From a virus, in IMG/VR virus record IMGVR_UViG_3300049433_000139, positions 1 to 64,000 of that record: 64,000 nucleotides of DNA; one strand, written 5' to 3'. Shown one piece after another: positions 27,980 through 37,672 of the stretch. A program made the translations under genes and the position numbers. Positions within the stretch are counted from its first letter, which is position 1, and every line of letters starts with the position of its first letter. The notes below the pieces were generated by a model, which was not told the DNA's origin, did no database searches, and saw only the letters and a program-made list of their open reading frames with translations.

Positions 27980-28744
27980 TTAATCGACGACCTTGAATCC
28001 GGCTTTCATCTTCTCAGCGCGTTCGGTCGAGCCGAGCGCGTGGAATTCCGCCAGTGTCAGAGTCTTTGCGCCGGATCCCCCGCCGCCCTTCGGTGGCGTC
28101 CCGCCACCCGCGCCCGTGCCTTCAAAGAAGTTCGGGAATTCCTTCATGATTTCTTTTACGAGATCGTCGTAATTGGCGAGGCCGTTGGACAACGAACCAA
28201 CCATCGGTTTGCCGTCGGCGTCGAGAATGGAAGAACTGGCGCTACCTGCGTCGTCGAATTCGATTTTGACGCGATCTCCAAAAAGCTTCGGAGCGCCCTT
28301 GAGTCCCTGCTCGTTGGCCTTCGCCTTGATAAGCGCGGTGGCGAGTGACGTATTGACCACGGCCTGCTCGGCGATCTTGAGCGCGGACTGCCGCTGCTTT
28401 TCTGCCGTGCTGATCTTGCCGTCGTATTCGAGCTTCTGGTCGCCGAGTTTCTTGGCGAGCACTTCGTCGAACTTGCCGGCCTTGATGGCGAGTTGTTCCG
28501 CCTTGGTGCGCTCGGCGGCGAGCATCTCGTCGATTTCCTCCGGCGACTTACCAAGCCGTTCCCACGCGGCAACCTTGTCCTTGGCGGCCTTGTTCAAACC
28601 GCGCTCGGATTCTAGGGCGCGCTTCAAGCCGGTGGTGTCCTCGATTTCGAAATCGAGATGAAACTTTCCGTCTTTCGGCACATACGCGCCGCGCACGGCT
28701 TCGGGAACGGATTCGAGGGTATCAACTATTGCAGCCAAGGCCAT
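27980..28744 (-). CDS. Capsid scaffolding protein
   Basis: GLKRALESER coiled coil; F..GTGAGGG C-terminus. Confidence 0.8.
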   Translation of the reverse strand: MALAAIVDTLESVPEAVRGAYVPKDGKFHLDFEIEDTTGLKRALESERGLNKAAKDKVAAWERLGKSPEEIDEMLAAERTKAEQLAIKAGKFDEVLAKKLGDQKLEYDGKISTAEKQRQSALKIAEQAVVNTSLATALIKAKANEQGLKGAPKLFGDRVKIEFDDAGSASSSILDADGKPMVGSLSNGLANYDDLVKEIMKEFPNFFEGTGAGGGTPPKGGGGSGAKTLTLAEFHALGSTERAEKMKAGFKVVD

Positions 28745-28809
28745 TTAAGCATCCCGCTTTTTAGAACCGGCATCCCGCCGGCAAGGTGGTTCGTCGCGGG
28801 TGATACGCG

Positions 28810-29898
28810 TTACGCATACTTCGCCCGCAATTGTTCGGTAGTGAGCGGCCGGCCAGACTGGTCGAGCAGGTCGCGAAAATTGATCTTGCCGCGGCGCCAC
28901 AGGTCCGCTTTACCCACGCCAAGCACAGTGTCTTGCCGCGTCTCGGACTGTTTCTTTAACCACGCTTCAAAAGTGAGACTGGCGGGCTTCTGACCGTCCA
29001 TGGTGGCACGCGTTGTTTGCGGGACTTCGTCAATTGGAATGCCTAGGTCGCGGAAACTCTTGAGCACAGGAATGGAAGTCGAACGGCAGCCGCGATGCAA
29101 TTTTCCCGGCCCTTCAAGCCACGGCGGCCCGCCATCCTTGGAGAAATGATCGGGCGTGTTGCTGTAGAGGTGCTTGTCGCGCGTGATGCACCAAACGGAC
29201 GTTCGCGTATCCAGGGTGGCGTGCCACTGCAGCGACGTAATCAGGTCGTCGTTTTCCACATACATCGCTTCGCGGCCGACGTTAGCTGCGGTTTGCACGG
29301 ACGACCGCACTAGGCTTTCCGCAGAGCGCCGGCTGATTTCCATGATGCCGCGCTGGCCGGTCTTACCGCGCAGGCGCTCGATTAGCTTCGCGTTGGGTTC
29401 GCCGAGTGCGACGCCTTTGCGCATCTCGTCTGCAAACCGATTAGACAAGCCGGCAGCCTGACGGCCCCACCACTCCTGCGAGGACGCGCCTTGGATAAAG
29501 ACATTGCCGACCAAGTTCTGCAGTGCTGCGCGAGTCAAACCAGCGTCGGCGAAAGTCGCTTGCATCGCCGTGTTCATGGTATCGCCGGTCCAAGTCGATT
29601 CCTGGTCAATGATTTCCCGAATCTCGCGCGTCATTAGCGTGGACACGTCGCGATAGCCGCTCTTGATCGCGCTGCGCACTTCCGTAAGCAGTTTATCCAA
29701 GCGAGCACGCTGCTTGATGGCCTGCGTGACGCCAGTCGGATCGACCTTCGCCAGTTGGCCGACTAATTCGCTTTCAAGTTCACGCAAAAACACGGCGACC
29801 TTATCGCGCGTGCCCGCCTCAAGTCGCAGCAAGTCGATCGCCCGTTCGGTAAACAGGTCGACTAGCGCGTCGTTGGTGGAAAGCGTTGTGGTGGTCAA
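28810..29898 (-). CDS. Minor head protein (SPP1 gp7 / MuF)
   Basis: WHATLDTRTS..C..LHRGCRST..TFEAWLKKQ. Confidence 0.88.
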   Translation of the reverse strand: MTTTTLSTNDALVDLFTERAIDLLRLEAGTRDKVAVFLRELESELVGQLAKVDPTGVTQAIKQRARLDKLLTEVRSAIKSGYRDVSTLMTREIREIIDQESTWTGDTMNTAMQATFADAGLTRAALQNLVGNVFIQGASSQEWWGRQAAGLSNRFADEMRKGVALGEPNAKLIERLRGKTGQRGIMEISRRSAESLVRSSVQTAANVGREAMYVENDDLITSLQWHATLDTRTSVWCITRDKHLYSNTPDHFSKDGGPPWLEGPGKLHRGCRSTSIPVLKSFRDLGIPIDEVPQTTRATMDGQKPASLTFEAWLKKQSETRQDTVLGVGKADLWRRGKINFRDLLDQSGRPLTTEQLRAKYA

Positions 29899-31346
29899 AC
29901 CGCACCGCCCGCGTTAGGTGACGCGTGCAGGTCCATGCCTTGACCGGGCGGAACTGCAAGCGTCGGGGCTTCGTCCAAAAGACGTTGCGCTTCCACTTCG
30001 GGATCGAAGGCCGGGCCGAGATAATCACGGCGCTGCATTTCATCCCACAGCGTCTCTCTAGAAATATCGCCGTTCGCGCGGGCAGCAATGAGCTGTTGCA
30101 AATCGCCACGCAGGGACGAAACGCCGAAATCTTTATTGACTTCGATCTCTCCGCCACTGCCGGGCGCAAGTCCGATGTACTCGCCCATGTATCCGAAGGC
30201 AGTTTCGATCGCGTCCTCAAGGGCACGCGCCATCATAGCGAGAGGCGAATTCTCTTTCGAGTCGTCGCGGATTTCGCCAGTGGCAGACTGTTTACCGGGT
30301 TTGTTGACGAGCAATTGAAGGCCCATAGCCTCCATTTGCCTTTCCAAATTTTCTAAATCCTTGTCGCCGGCACCGATCGCTGCGCCGGAATGTTCCGTAT
30401 AAGTAAGCTTTGCGTTGGGATTGGACGTCCGAATCATCTCGTTCGCGCCAAGAACGAATTTATCTTCCGAATCGAACCCGGCGCCGAACAGGATTGCCAC
30501 GCGTGCCGTATGGAGAATGTTGCGCTGGTCGCTCTGCGACTGCCAATGCGCGACGTTGGTATCCGCCAGCTTTTCTAGCGGGGGCGAAAACGTCATGAAC
30601 CCTGTTCGGTTCGCGTAGAACGGCACAAGCGTGATCTTCTGCAGACTGTTCGTGCCGTTCTCGTGCGGAATCCACTCGTCTCCCTGGTCACCGCTTGGTG
30701 ACTTGCGGAACGTTTGCCAGGTGCCAGGTTCGATTACGCGAATCTGCTCGATTTCTTTTTCTAGATACGGACCATCCTCTTCGGTCACGCATTCCAAAAT
30801 ACGAACCTGAGTCAGCGTCTCCGCGCCGTTGATGGTGGTTGACTTCCAACCGATCAATCGTTCGACAGGGATGTGGACAAGATACGGCCGCCACTTTGTT
30901 GCGATGTAGTCGGCCTTGGTGGCGGGCTGCTTGTCGGCGCGTGTTGGGGGTGGTGGGGCGTCTACCAGGATGTAGCCACCGCCGACTTGCAGGCCGTCAT
31001 AGAGCAAATCGCGAGCAAAGAGATTCAAATGGCGCCCGGTTGAGTCGATATCTTCCGCGAAGTCTTGCAGCGCTTGCGGTACGCTATCTGAAAGCTGAAT
31101 TTCCTTTTGGAAAACCTTGCCGGTCATATCCTCGGCGGTTTTTCCGAACGCGTTAAATAGCGTCGAGCGCGCTTTGCGGTTGTCATACGCCGCTTGCGTT
31201 TCAGCCGGTTCTTTCGGCAGATACAGCGTACCCGCCTCACGCATCGCCTTAGTGCCGCCCACAAGCGTGCGCGGTAACTTGGCCGCCGTAATCATTGCGC
31301 CTTGCGTCTTGGAGACCGTCGCAACTGATTTGTTCGCGTCGGTCAT
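29895..31346 (-). CDS. Portal protein (DUF4055 family)
   Basis: GGTKAMREAG..YLPKEPAE..PPLEKLA..NVAHWQSQSDQ. Confidence 0.9.
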   Translation of the reverse strand: MTDANKSVATVSKTQGAMITAAKLPRTLVGGTKAMREAGTLYLPKEPAETQAAYDNRKARSTLFNAFGKTAEDMTGKVFQKEIQLSDSVPQALQDFAEDIDSTGRHLNLFARDLLYDGLQVGGGYILVDAPPPPTRADKQPATKADYIATKWRPYLVHIPVERLIGWKSTTINGAETLTQVRILECVTEEDGPYLEKEIEQIRVIEPGTWQTFRKSPSGDQGDEWIPHENGTNSLQKITLVPFYANRTGFMTFSPPLEKLADTNVAHWQSQSDQRNILHTARVAILFGAGFDSEDKFVLGANEMIRTSNPNAKLTYTEHSGAAIGAGDKDLENLERQMEAMGLQLLVNKPGKQSATGEIRDDSKENSPLAMMARALEDAIETAFGYMGEYIGLAPGSGGEIEVNKDFGVSSLRGDLQQLIAARANGDISRETLWDEMQRRDYLGPAFDPEVEAQRLLDEAPTLAVPPGQGMDLHASPNAGGAV

Positions 31347-32638
31347 ATAAGAAGCTCCCGCCGTGTGGTCGTATTCGCACGCCGCACGTTTTCCACGGCG
31401 TAGCGTTCGGCATCGATCGTGTGGTTGTTCTTATCTTCCAGTTCGGTCGTAATCTTGTTAGTTTTATTATCGATTTTATACGAGTACAATTTGTGCTCGT
31501 CGATCGTGTGGAAACAGTCCGGGTGAATCACGATGTCATACGACTGCAAGAACGTTACGCCGTCCTCGACCGAACCCGGACCCTTAATCGCTGCCGTCAT
31601 GCGCGGATAGCCGTTCCGCTGCATGTACGAAATTGTTTCAGGCCGTGCACTATCCGCTACAATCGGGATTCGCCGTGCGATAGACTGCCACTGTGGATCC
31701 CGCGCACGCGCAGGGGTCCAATCCGGATCGAGTTTGTCGAACAACGCGGGCGTACGATCAATTTCGCAACCGATCGCCCAAACCTCGCGCCAAACGTAAA
31801 GAGTTCGACCGATAATGAAGCAGATAAGTCCGACGGTCGGATCAACCGAAAAGCCCCAATCGCCGCCGCCGTAAAGCGTGGTCCCGGCGGGCGGAGAGTC
31901 GAACCGTTCCACTTTCCAGTTGTGCAAAACCTGCGCTTCTGAATTCTGTCGATAGCCGCCGCGCCAAATCCAATTGTATTTGTCAGTGTCGCGTAACTTG
32001 TCGCGTTCCATGTCCGCCCGCAGGCCCGGCGGAAACCACGGATGATCCTCATAGTTGACCGTGATGCATGCAAAGTCCGGATCATTCGCCGCCATGTTCT
32101 CACGAAAGAACTTGTCGACAGGATCGTCCGGAAATTCTGGATTCCACGAAAAGCGCTGTTGCGATCCGTCTGCGCGAAACGTCGGCGTGGCCAAATCAAG
32201 AGAACGCTGCGTTAGCGTCTGCGACTCTTCGTACCAGCCGCGCGTAAAGCCCTCTAACGATTTGATCGACGCGGCAGTATGGTTTTGTAGACCGCGGAAA
32301 ATCGCCAAACTGCCGGTATGCGGACAGACAATTTCGCGCTCGGTGATCTTGAACCACGGCGCGATCGGCCAAAGCTTTCCAGTATCGACGTCCACGGCTT
32401 TGAACGTATTTATTTTATCCTCAAGGAGCTGCTTAACTGAGTCCTTAATGCTGTTCTGGATTTCACGAACACATGCGAGACGCGTGTGTTCTGACCACAT
32501 TTCTTCAATCGACTGGCCGCCAAAGTAGTGACTCTTGGCACCGCCGCGCCCGCCTTTAGCGCCCTGATATCGCCGACCGGAGAGCAAAGGTACATAAGCG
32601 CGCGGCGTCGCCACCTCCAAGCAAAGGCCGTCAATCAT
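31343..32638 (-). CDS. Terminase large subunit (PBSX family)
   Basis: GGRGGAKS Walker A, REIQNSI, WYEESQ Walker B, DWGFSVDP, NHTIDAERYA. Confidence 0.95.
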   Translation of the reverse strand: MIDGLCLEVATPRAYVPLLSGRRYQGAKGGRGGAKSHYFGGQSIEEMWSEHTRLACVREIQNSIKDSVKQLLEDKINTFKAVDVDTGKLWPIAPWFKITEREIVCPHTGSLAIFRGLQNHTAASIKSLEGFTRGWYEESQTLTQRSLDLATPTFRADGSQQRFSWNPEFPDDPVDKFFRENMAANDPDFACITVNYEDHPWFPPGLRADMERDKLRDTDKYNWIWRGGYRQNSEAQVLHNWKVERFDSPPAGTTLYGGGDWGFSVDPTVGLICFIIGRTLYVWREVWAIGCEIDRTPALFDKLDPDWTPARARDPQWQSIARRIPIVADSARPETISYMQRNGYPRMTAAIKGPGSVEDGVTFLQSYDIVIHPDCFHTIDEHKLYSYKIDNKTNKITTELEDKNNHTIDAERYAVENVRRANTTTRRELLI

Positions 32639-33111
32639 AGGACGCTCTGCTCTGCAGTTGGGTCCACGATTAGCCGCTTGACTGTGATCTGCTTTACTTC
32701 GGGTGTCGCGCTTTCGTCTGCGGCAACTTTACTCTTTCCAGGCTTGCCGCCCACAATCCCCAACTCTTCGGCAATCTGGCGAAACACCGCCCGCGCTTCC
32801 GCCGGCTGGTTGTTGTTCTCATACCGTTCGGCCTGGCGGCTCAATACGATCAAGCGGGCGCGCTGTTCCGCGAACGGCGCCAACGTTTCGTCGAGCAGGA
32901 CGCGTTCCCGTTCGTTTTTGAAAAGCGAATAGAGGTCAGGCGACACGACGGCTAGGCGCGGATCGGTTGCGCGAACGTCGTCCTCGTGACAGGCGGTGTC
33001 CCGGAAGCGCGCCGCGAATGCAGTAGCGATATCCTTGGGCGTCTCGAAAACCGCCAGCCGGCGCACGATGAATTGTTTCTGTTCCGTGGTGTGCGCGTTA
33101 CGTGTGGCCAT
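32635..33111 (-). CDS. Terminase small subunit (DUF2280-like)
   Basis: KQFIVRRLAVFETP..DP..LF..R..QIAEE; start taken at ATG 33111. Confidence 0.8.
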   Translation of the reverse strand: MATRNAHTTEQKQFIVRRLAVFETPKDIATAFAARFRDTACHEDDVRATDPRLAVVSPDLYSLFKNERERVLLDETLAPFAEQRARLIVLSRQAERYENNNQPAEARAVFRQIAEELGIVGGKPGKSKVAADESATPEVKQITVKRLIVDPTAEQSVL

Positions 33112-33698
33112 AAGACTACAGGGCGTCCCGCCCCGCCCTTCCGCGCTCCGCAAGCAAGCTGAGTGTTTTGACTGCGCTTTTGGCCCTATAAGAGCCGTTA
33201 TCGCGTATGGAAAAACGCAGGCTTGGGGCGCCATCCCAAGATTAGGGTGCTGCAAACGCCTCGCGACGCAAGACGTATGGCCACTGCGTATTCGGAGCAC
33301 CTGCAAATGTGACAGGCAGCACACGGGTTAACCGGCCGGTCCCCGCTCCGAATTAGAAATTCACCGCGCTTTATTCGGCCGTTAACGGCCACCGCCCGAC
33401 TCGCGCCGGGTTGGCAGGGGGCGCGTCCCTGTCGTTTGGTGCCCGGCGTTCCACCGGACGGCGGACCTACGCGGCCGCTGCACTTCTTGTCGTCCGGCGC
33501 CGCGCGACATGCGCGAACGCCCTAAATTCTGACTTGGTGACGGGGCGCAGGGGCAGCGCCGGACGATGGAAAACCCCGCCATATGCGCTTCCGTGAGAGG
33601 CGGGCGGGGTGTTGTTTTCTGCAGGAAGTCAGCGATCGGTTACATGGCAAGAAGTCGGCGAACGGTTACATGATGTGATCTTGAGACTTTCTCACGGC
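33112..33698 (-). ncRNA. Candidate large structured RNA / late-operon leader
   Basis: About 590 nt with no convincing ORF; more than 10 stems, several G-U pairs valid only on the minus strand, a GCGA tetraloop and crossing stems. Confidence 0.55.
33569..33610 (-). terminator. tR'-like intrinsic terminator in the late leader
   Basis: ACCCCGCC..GGCGGGGT stem followed by TTTCC on the minus strand (short U tract). Confidence 0.45.
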
Positions 33699-33704
33699 TC
33701 GCAG

Positions 33705-33733
33705 AATGTATCATTCGCTGCCCCGATTGTCAA
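33705..33733 (-). promoter_or_regulatory. Late promoter (pR'-like) sigma70 consensus
   Basis: TTGACA-17 bp-TACATT pointing at the terminase operon. Confidence 0.75.
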
Positions 33734-33762
33734 CTGTTGGCAAAAGTGCCGAAAGTTGACAG

Positions 33763-34017
33763 CTAGGCGAGGACAAGCCGGATGCCAGTGCGAATCGCTT
33801 CCAGTCGCGAAAGGTCCACGGTGGTAGCGCCGGGCTGCTTCGCCTGACACTCCCGAATATAGCCGCCGATCAGCGCGTCCTCGACATGCTGGCGCGATTC
33901 AGCGGTGGGCATCGCATTTTCCACGGCAGCGGACGCTTCACGAACCATTTTCCGGACCGTTTCGGCGTCGAAGGTAGTCTCGTTACCGTTCGTATAAGGC
34001 TTCCGCTTGGTGCTCAC
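33763..34017 (-). CDS. Hypothetical protein
   Basis: GTGA-coupled start, MSTKRKPY. Confidence 0.55.
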   Translation of the reverse strand: MSTKRKPYTNGNETTFDAETVRKMVREASAAVENAMPTAESRQHVEDALIGGYIRECQAKQPGATTVDLSRLEAIRTGIRLVLA

Positions 34018-34511
34018 TTCGTTTCCTTCCGTGGGCTGAATTGCCAGTCTCTCCGCATCCCCCTGGGCACGTTGCCCCGCAGAACTGCGAAATGTTTTAA
34101 GGCCGTGGCCAAGTGCCCGCGCGCCGTGCCCTTGCGCCACCGATTTGACGCATCGATATCGGCCAGTGAGTGCTCGTGGAAAAGCACGGCGTCGGCGACG
34201 CGCAACGGCACTGTGTCGCGCAAGTCCACCCGCCACGCGGGGTACGCCTTGCCCAGGTCCGATCGGTGCGCGGCGTGATCGTCCGCGGCGTCGGGCCGGG
34301 GTAGAGCAATGGGAGTGTCCAAGTCCGGATCCCGCGCGACGGGTTGGCCGGCGGCCATCTTGAACGCGGCAAGGATTTCATCCGCTGCCTGGTATTCGAA
34401 CATATCCATGTAGGGGCGGAGGCGCGCGAGTGGTGCGGCCGACATACGAGCGCCTTGCGGTGCGCGCTTGATCTTGTTGGAGCGAGGAAGGGAGGTACGG
34501 CGTTTCACCAC
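34014..34511 (-). CDS. Putative late-gene activator/antiterminator (DUF6456 / sigma-4-like C-terminus)
   Basis: VLFHEHSLADIDASNRWRKGTARGHLATALKHFA HTH-like end; Q-like position upstream of the late promoter. Confidence 0.55.
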   Translation of the reverse strand: MVKRRTSLPRSNKIKRAPQGARMSAAPLARLRPYMDMFEYQAADEILAAFKMAAGQPVARDPDLDTPIALPRPDAADDHAAHRSDLGKAYPAWRVDLRDTVPLRVADAVLFHEHSLADIDASNRWRKGTARGHLATALKHFAVLRGNVPRGMRRDWQFSPRKETK

Positions 34512-35861
34512 CCACCGTCCCCGCGACGATCTACGTTAAACTGAGCGAACAGCGTACCCCACCGCGTATAAATCCACAGACGTTTTGCGGTGTTCGGGGC
34601 CGTTGGTTGGATGTCCAATAATGAAAATACCGCTATCCGCCACCATGGCCACTGCCACGGGCGCGGCGCTGCGTCGTGCTGCACCCCCTTGTATCGCAGT
34701 GAACTGTCAGAGTATAAACCGTCGGCAGTCCACGGCGCATCGTCCCAATGCGCTGCGTTCAATTCGATATGAATTGGATAAACGTTCGTCCAGGATCGCG
34801 GTGTCCGAAATCGAATGTTGCGTTCCGAGGTCACTTCCGCGTACCCCGCCACGCATCTCTTAGAGACTCGCCGAAGTCCTCTTGGACGCACCTGGCAATC
34901 GCCTCGGCGAGCCACAGGCCGGAAAGCGCGACGACTATCGCGGCGATCGTCACGACAACCACAGCGCGGCGGAGCAGAGTAGGGCGGATGTCAGATAGGG
35001 TCACCGTGGCGGTTTCCAATTTTGGGCGTCAATGCTGTACAACACGATTCCGACCCATTTCGCCGGCATGACGTAAATCAACCATGGAAATCGGGTACGT
35101 AATAGCAATAAGCCGTTTTCGGTTAGCGGAAGTCATCCGAACCGTCCGCCGTATGAGCGCGCGTAGTGAATACGCAGCCCGAGAAAATAGACTTCGGTGT
35201 CATATTTCGTCGCGCTAAAAACTTTGAACCACTGCGGCGAGAGGCCGACCGACACCTTGTTGGAAAAACTCTTACCGTCCCCGACGAACGAATCGGGGAA
35301 CATCGTTTCCCAACAGAAACGAAACAAACAATAGCCGTACCACATGCGGCGGTAACGATGATTCGGGGTGCGCCAGCGGAAATTTTCAAGCACCATGAAG
35401 AAACTCCGCACGCCGTGCCGCGAGTGTCTTGCCCGCCACCTTGCGGAGTGGCAATCCGCCTACCAAGTTACTCCGCACGCCCCAACCTAACCCCGCGTCC
35501 AGCTCGTAGCGCTCCGCCTTCACGCGCCCTTTCCAGAACGCGTTGATATGGTCGGCGAGCAGACCGGCGCCGTACTTGGAAAAGAAATCAGTCTTGGGCG
35601 GGAAGGGGGACTTGCGCGACATTACGCCACCTTCCGGGTAGTAGTGGTGATTTCAACGTGAGCACCGCTCCAGTGAATCCACTGCGTTTCGTCGCCGGTC
35701 ACCATGGAAAATGTCGCGCCTTGCTGGACCGCGCGATCCTTGAGCATCGCATCGAGCAGCATCCGTTCAAGGCGCGACTTGCCAATGCCGGCAGGGCCTT
35801 CAATGGTCACTCGAATGGTGCGGGGTCGCTCGGGATGGTACTCTTGCTTCGGCTTGGGCAC
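34505..35861 (-). other. Run of small hypothetical CDSs (34505-34834, 34831-35019, 35133-35396, 35386-35622, 35622-35861; the last has a GPAGIGKS P-loop)
   Basis: Mostly translationally coupled short ORFs downstream of cassette copy 6. Confidence 0.55.
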
Positions 35862-35888
35862 GGTACTGCATTTCCTTGTGTCGGGTGC

Positions 35889-35920
35889 AGCATGTAGGCA
35901 AATTTGTAAAAAGTCAACAG
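35889..35920 (-). promoter_or_regulatory. Phage promoter/operator cassette, copy 6
   Basis: CTGTTGACTTTTTACAAATTTGCCTACATGCT. Confidence 0.65.
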
Positions 35921-35932
35921 AAATCTGAGGAC

Positions 35933-36623
35933 TTAGGAACGGGTGGCCTCCTTAACCGCAAAATAAACTGCGTAGACAATTGCACCGTCTGTTTCGTTAC
36001 CATTGAACTTCTTTCGAATCGAGCGCAGCGCTTCAACCCCCGCTGCCAATTGCGCATCCGTCAGGTGATCCGCTTGCTCGCGTTCTGCACGCGTCGCCCG
36101 ATACGCTTCAAAGAATTTGATCGGACTGAAACGTTCAAACGCAGAAATTCCCGCTTTCGAATCGTCATATCCCGCCGCAAGGAACATCTCGATCAGTTGC
36201 TCTATGTTGTCGCGCACGTCTCATCCTCGGCTTGTTCGCGCGGAAAGAACGGGTCGCGCGCTTCGTAAATCTGGCGCATGGCGCTTTGGTAAGCAAGACG
36301 TGCGCGACACCGATCAAGCAGCCGTTGGGTCTCGACTGCTACGGCATCGTCCACGGCTTTTCGGAGTTTGGCGGTGTCAAACTTCACCGTTCGCGCCCGC
36401 CCGCCAGAGATCGCGCCTTAACGGCATCTTCCGTTTCGTAAAAATGAAGTAGTTTCTTTGCCGAACTTGCTGCCTCTTTAGCATTGATTTGCATCCCGGC
36501 AACGTCTCCGCTTTCTTTCGCTCTCTTGTCGAGAAACGGTAATAACCACTCGATGTGTTGCGCTAAATCGCGCGTGGTTTGAACCAGTTTACGATATCGA
36601 TCTTCTTTTTCTTGCGCGATCAT
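35933..36623 (-). other. Three small hypothetical CDSs (35933-36217, 36202-36387, 36384-36623)
   Basis: Overlapping short ORFs. Confidence 0.55.
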
Positions 36624-36889
36624 TTCGCCGCTCCTAGAATTCGATAAACATACGCCCTACTACAACCAACCAATACCGCAATCCGCTCCACCACGATACC
36701 CTGCGCCGCCAGTCCGCGCACCATCCTTGGTGTGTCGGAGGTGGAGGTGCGGGCCTTCCTGGTGCGGTTGGAGCGGTGTTGGCGGAGGACGCCGTAGACG
36801 TAGCCGAGCGAGACGGGGAGGGACGCCGCGATCTCGGCGGGGTGCTTACCGGCGTCGTGGAGGGATAGGATTGCGGCGGTGTGATTCAT
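36620..36889 (-). CDS. Tandem HTH DNA-binding protein
   Basis: Two repeats: EIAASLPVSLGYVYGVL and RIAVLVGCSRAYVYRIL. Confidence 0.75.
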   Translation of the reverse strand: MNHTAAILSLHDAGKHPAEIAASLPVSLGYVYGVLRQHRSNRTRKARTSTSDTPRMVRGLAAQGIVVERIAVLVGCSRAYVYRILGAAK

Positions 36890-37541
36890 GCGCGGACAGG
36901 TCCGCCGTGTTCAACCCATTCGCCGGTTTCAATGTCAACTGCGCTGTCAAAACTGCCTTGAAAATCACCCCATCCGCCAGCCGGATAATAGTCGTCACCA
37001 GCGAAAACCAAATATCGTTTCATTTAACTCTCGTCGATTGCTGCGCGCGACGATGCCGCTTCGATGGCGCTCGCAAGATTTTCGAATTCTAACGCAATTT
37101 CATACTGATGGGCATGTTCCGCAAACCCGTGAATAGCGCGTGCGCGCTCGCGCAGTATCGCAACAAGTGTTTCTGCGTTTATCATCATGCTTCCCGCTTG
37201 CGATGCTCAAGGACAATATCCCGCCTCGCGCGAAACTCGTTCATAGCGTCATCCATAAGATTCGCGCCAGACATTTGGAAGGCATAATCCCAAACCATGT
37301 CCATCAGCGCGGCCTTGGATAAGGCTTCCATCTCCTTTCGGAACTCGAAAGGAACGAAAACAGGAGGTTGGTTTTTTGAGGTTCATTTCGCCACCCGCCG
37401 CACCCCAATGCGCTTTTTCTTGTCATCTCGATTCATCGCTCGGGCAATCTGCGTCGCTTCGGTTTTGGAAATGCCCGTCAACACAACAGTGAGGTCGTAT
37501 CTGTGAAAAACTTCGTGTTTCGGAGTGCTCTGGCGGGCCAT
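36886..37541 (-). other. Small hypothetical CDSs (36886-37023, 37024-37188, a possibly frameshifted 37185-37386, 37383-37541)
   Basis: Own translation; coupled ATGA overlaps or abutting stop/start. Confidence 0.45.
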
Positions 37542-37566
37542 GGCGTCCTCGTCTGTCTGTGACGCA

Positions 37567-37608
37567 AACCTACGCCAAATTTGCAAACAGTCAACACATA
37601 ATTGAACT
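37567..37608 (-). promoter_or_regulatory. Phage promoter/operator cassette, copy 7 (extended type)
   Basis: AGTTCAATTATGTGTTGACTGTTTGCAAATTTGGCGTAGGTT. Confidence 0.75.
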
Positions 37609-37672
37609 GGTCACGGTTTAGTGAAACGCCAATTTATACAGCCACGCTTTACTTTTCGCCCCGCTCGCAAAC

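Noticed and set aside
26684-28348. 554-aa plus-strand ORF and similar long antisense ORFs (2335-3159, 55303-56172, 57638-58576, 58078-59115, 60376-61374)
   Set aside because: Shadows of well-supported genes on the opposite strand in high-GC DNA; no recognisable motifs
33112-33324. N-terminal extension of terminase small subunit in the ORF track
   Set aside because: Family-like sequence begins at ATG 33111; the extension overlaps the structured leader
33222-33353. HDV-like ribozyme or group I intron core suggested by crossing stems
   Set aside because: Topology is reminiscent, but HDV L3/P1.1 nucleotides and group I P4-P6 and P7 consensus are absent; kept only as an unclassified pseudoknot
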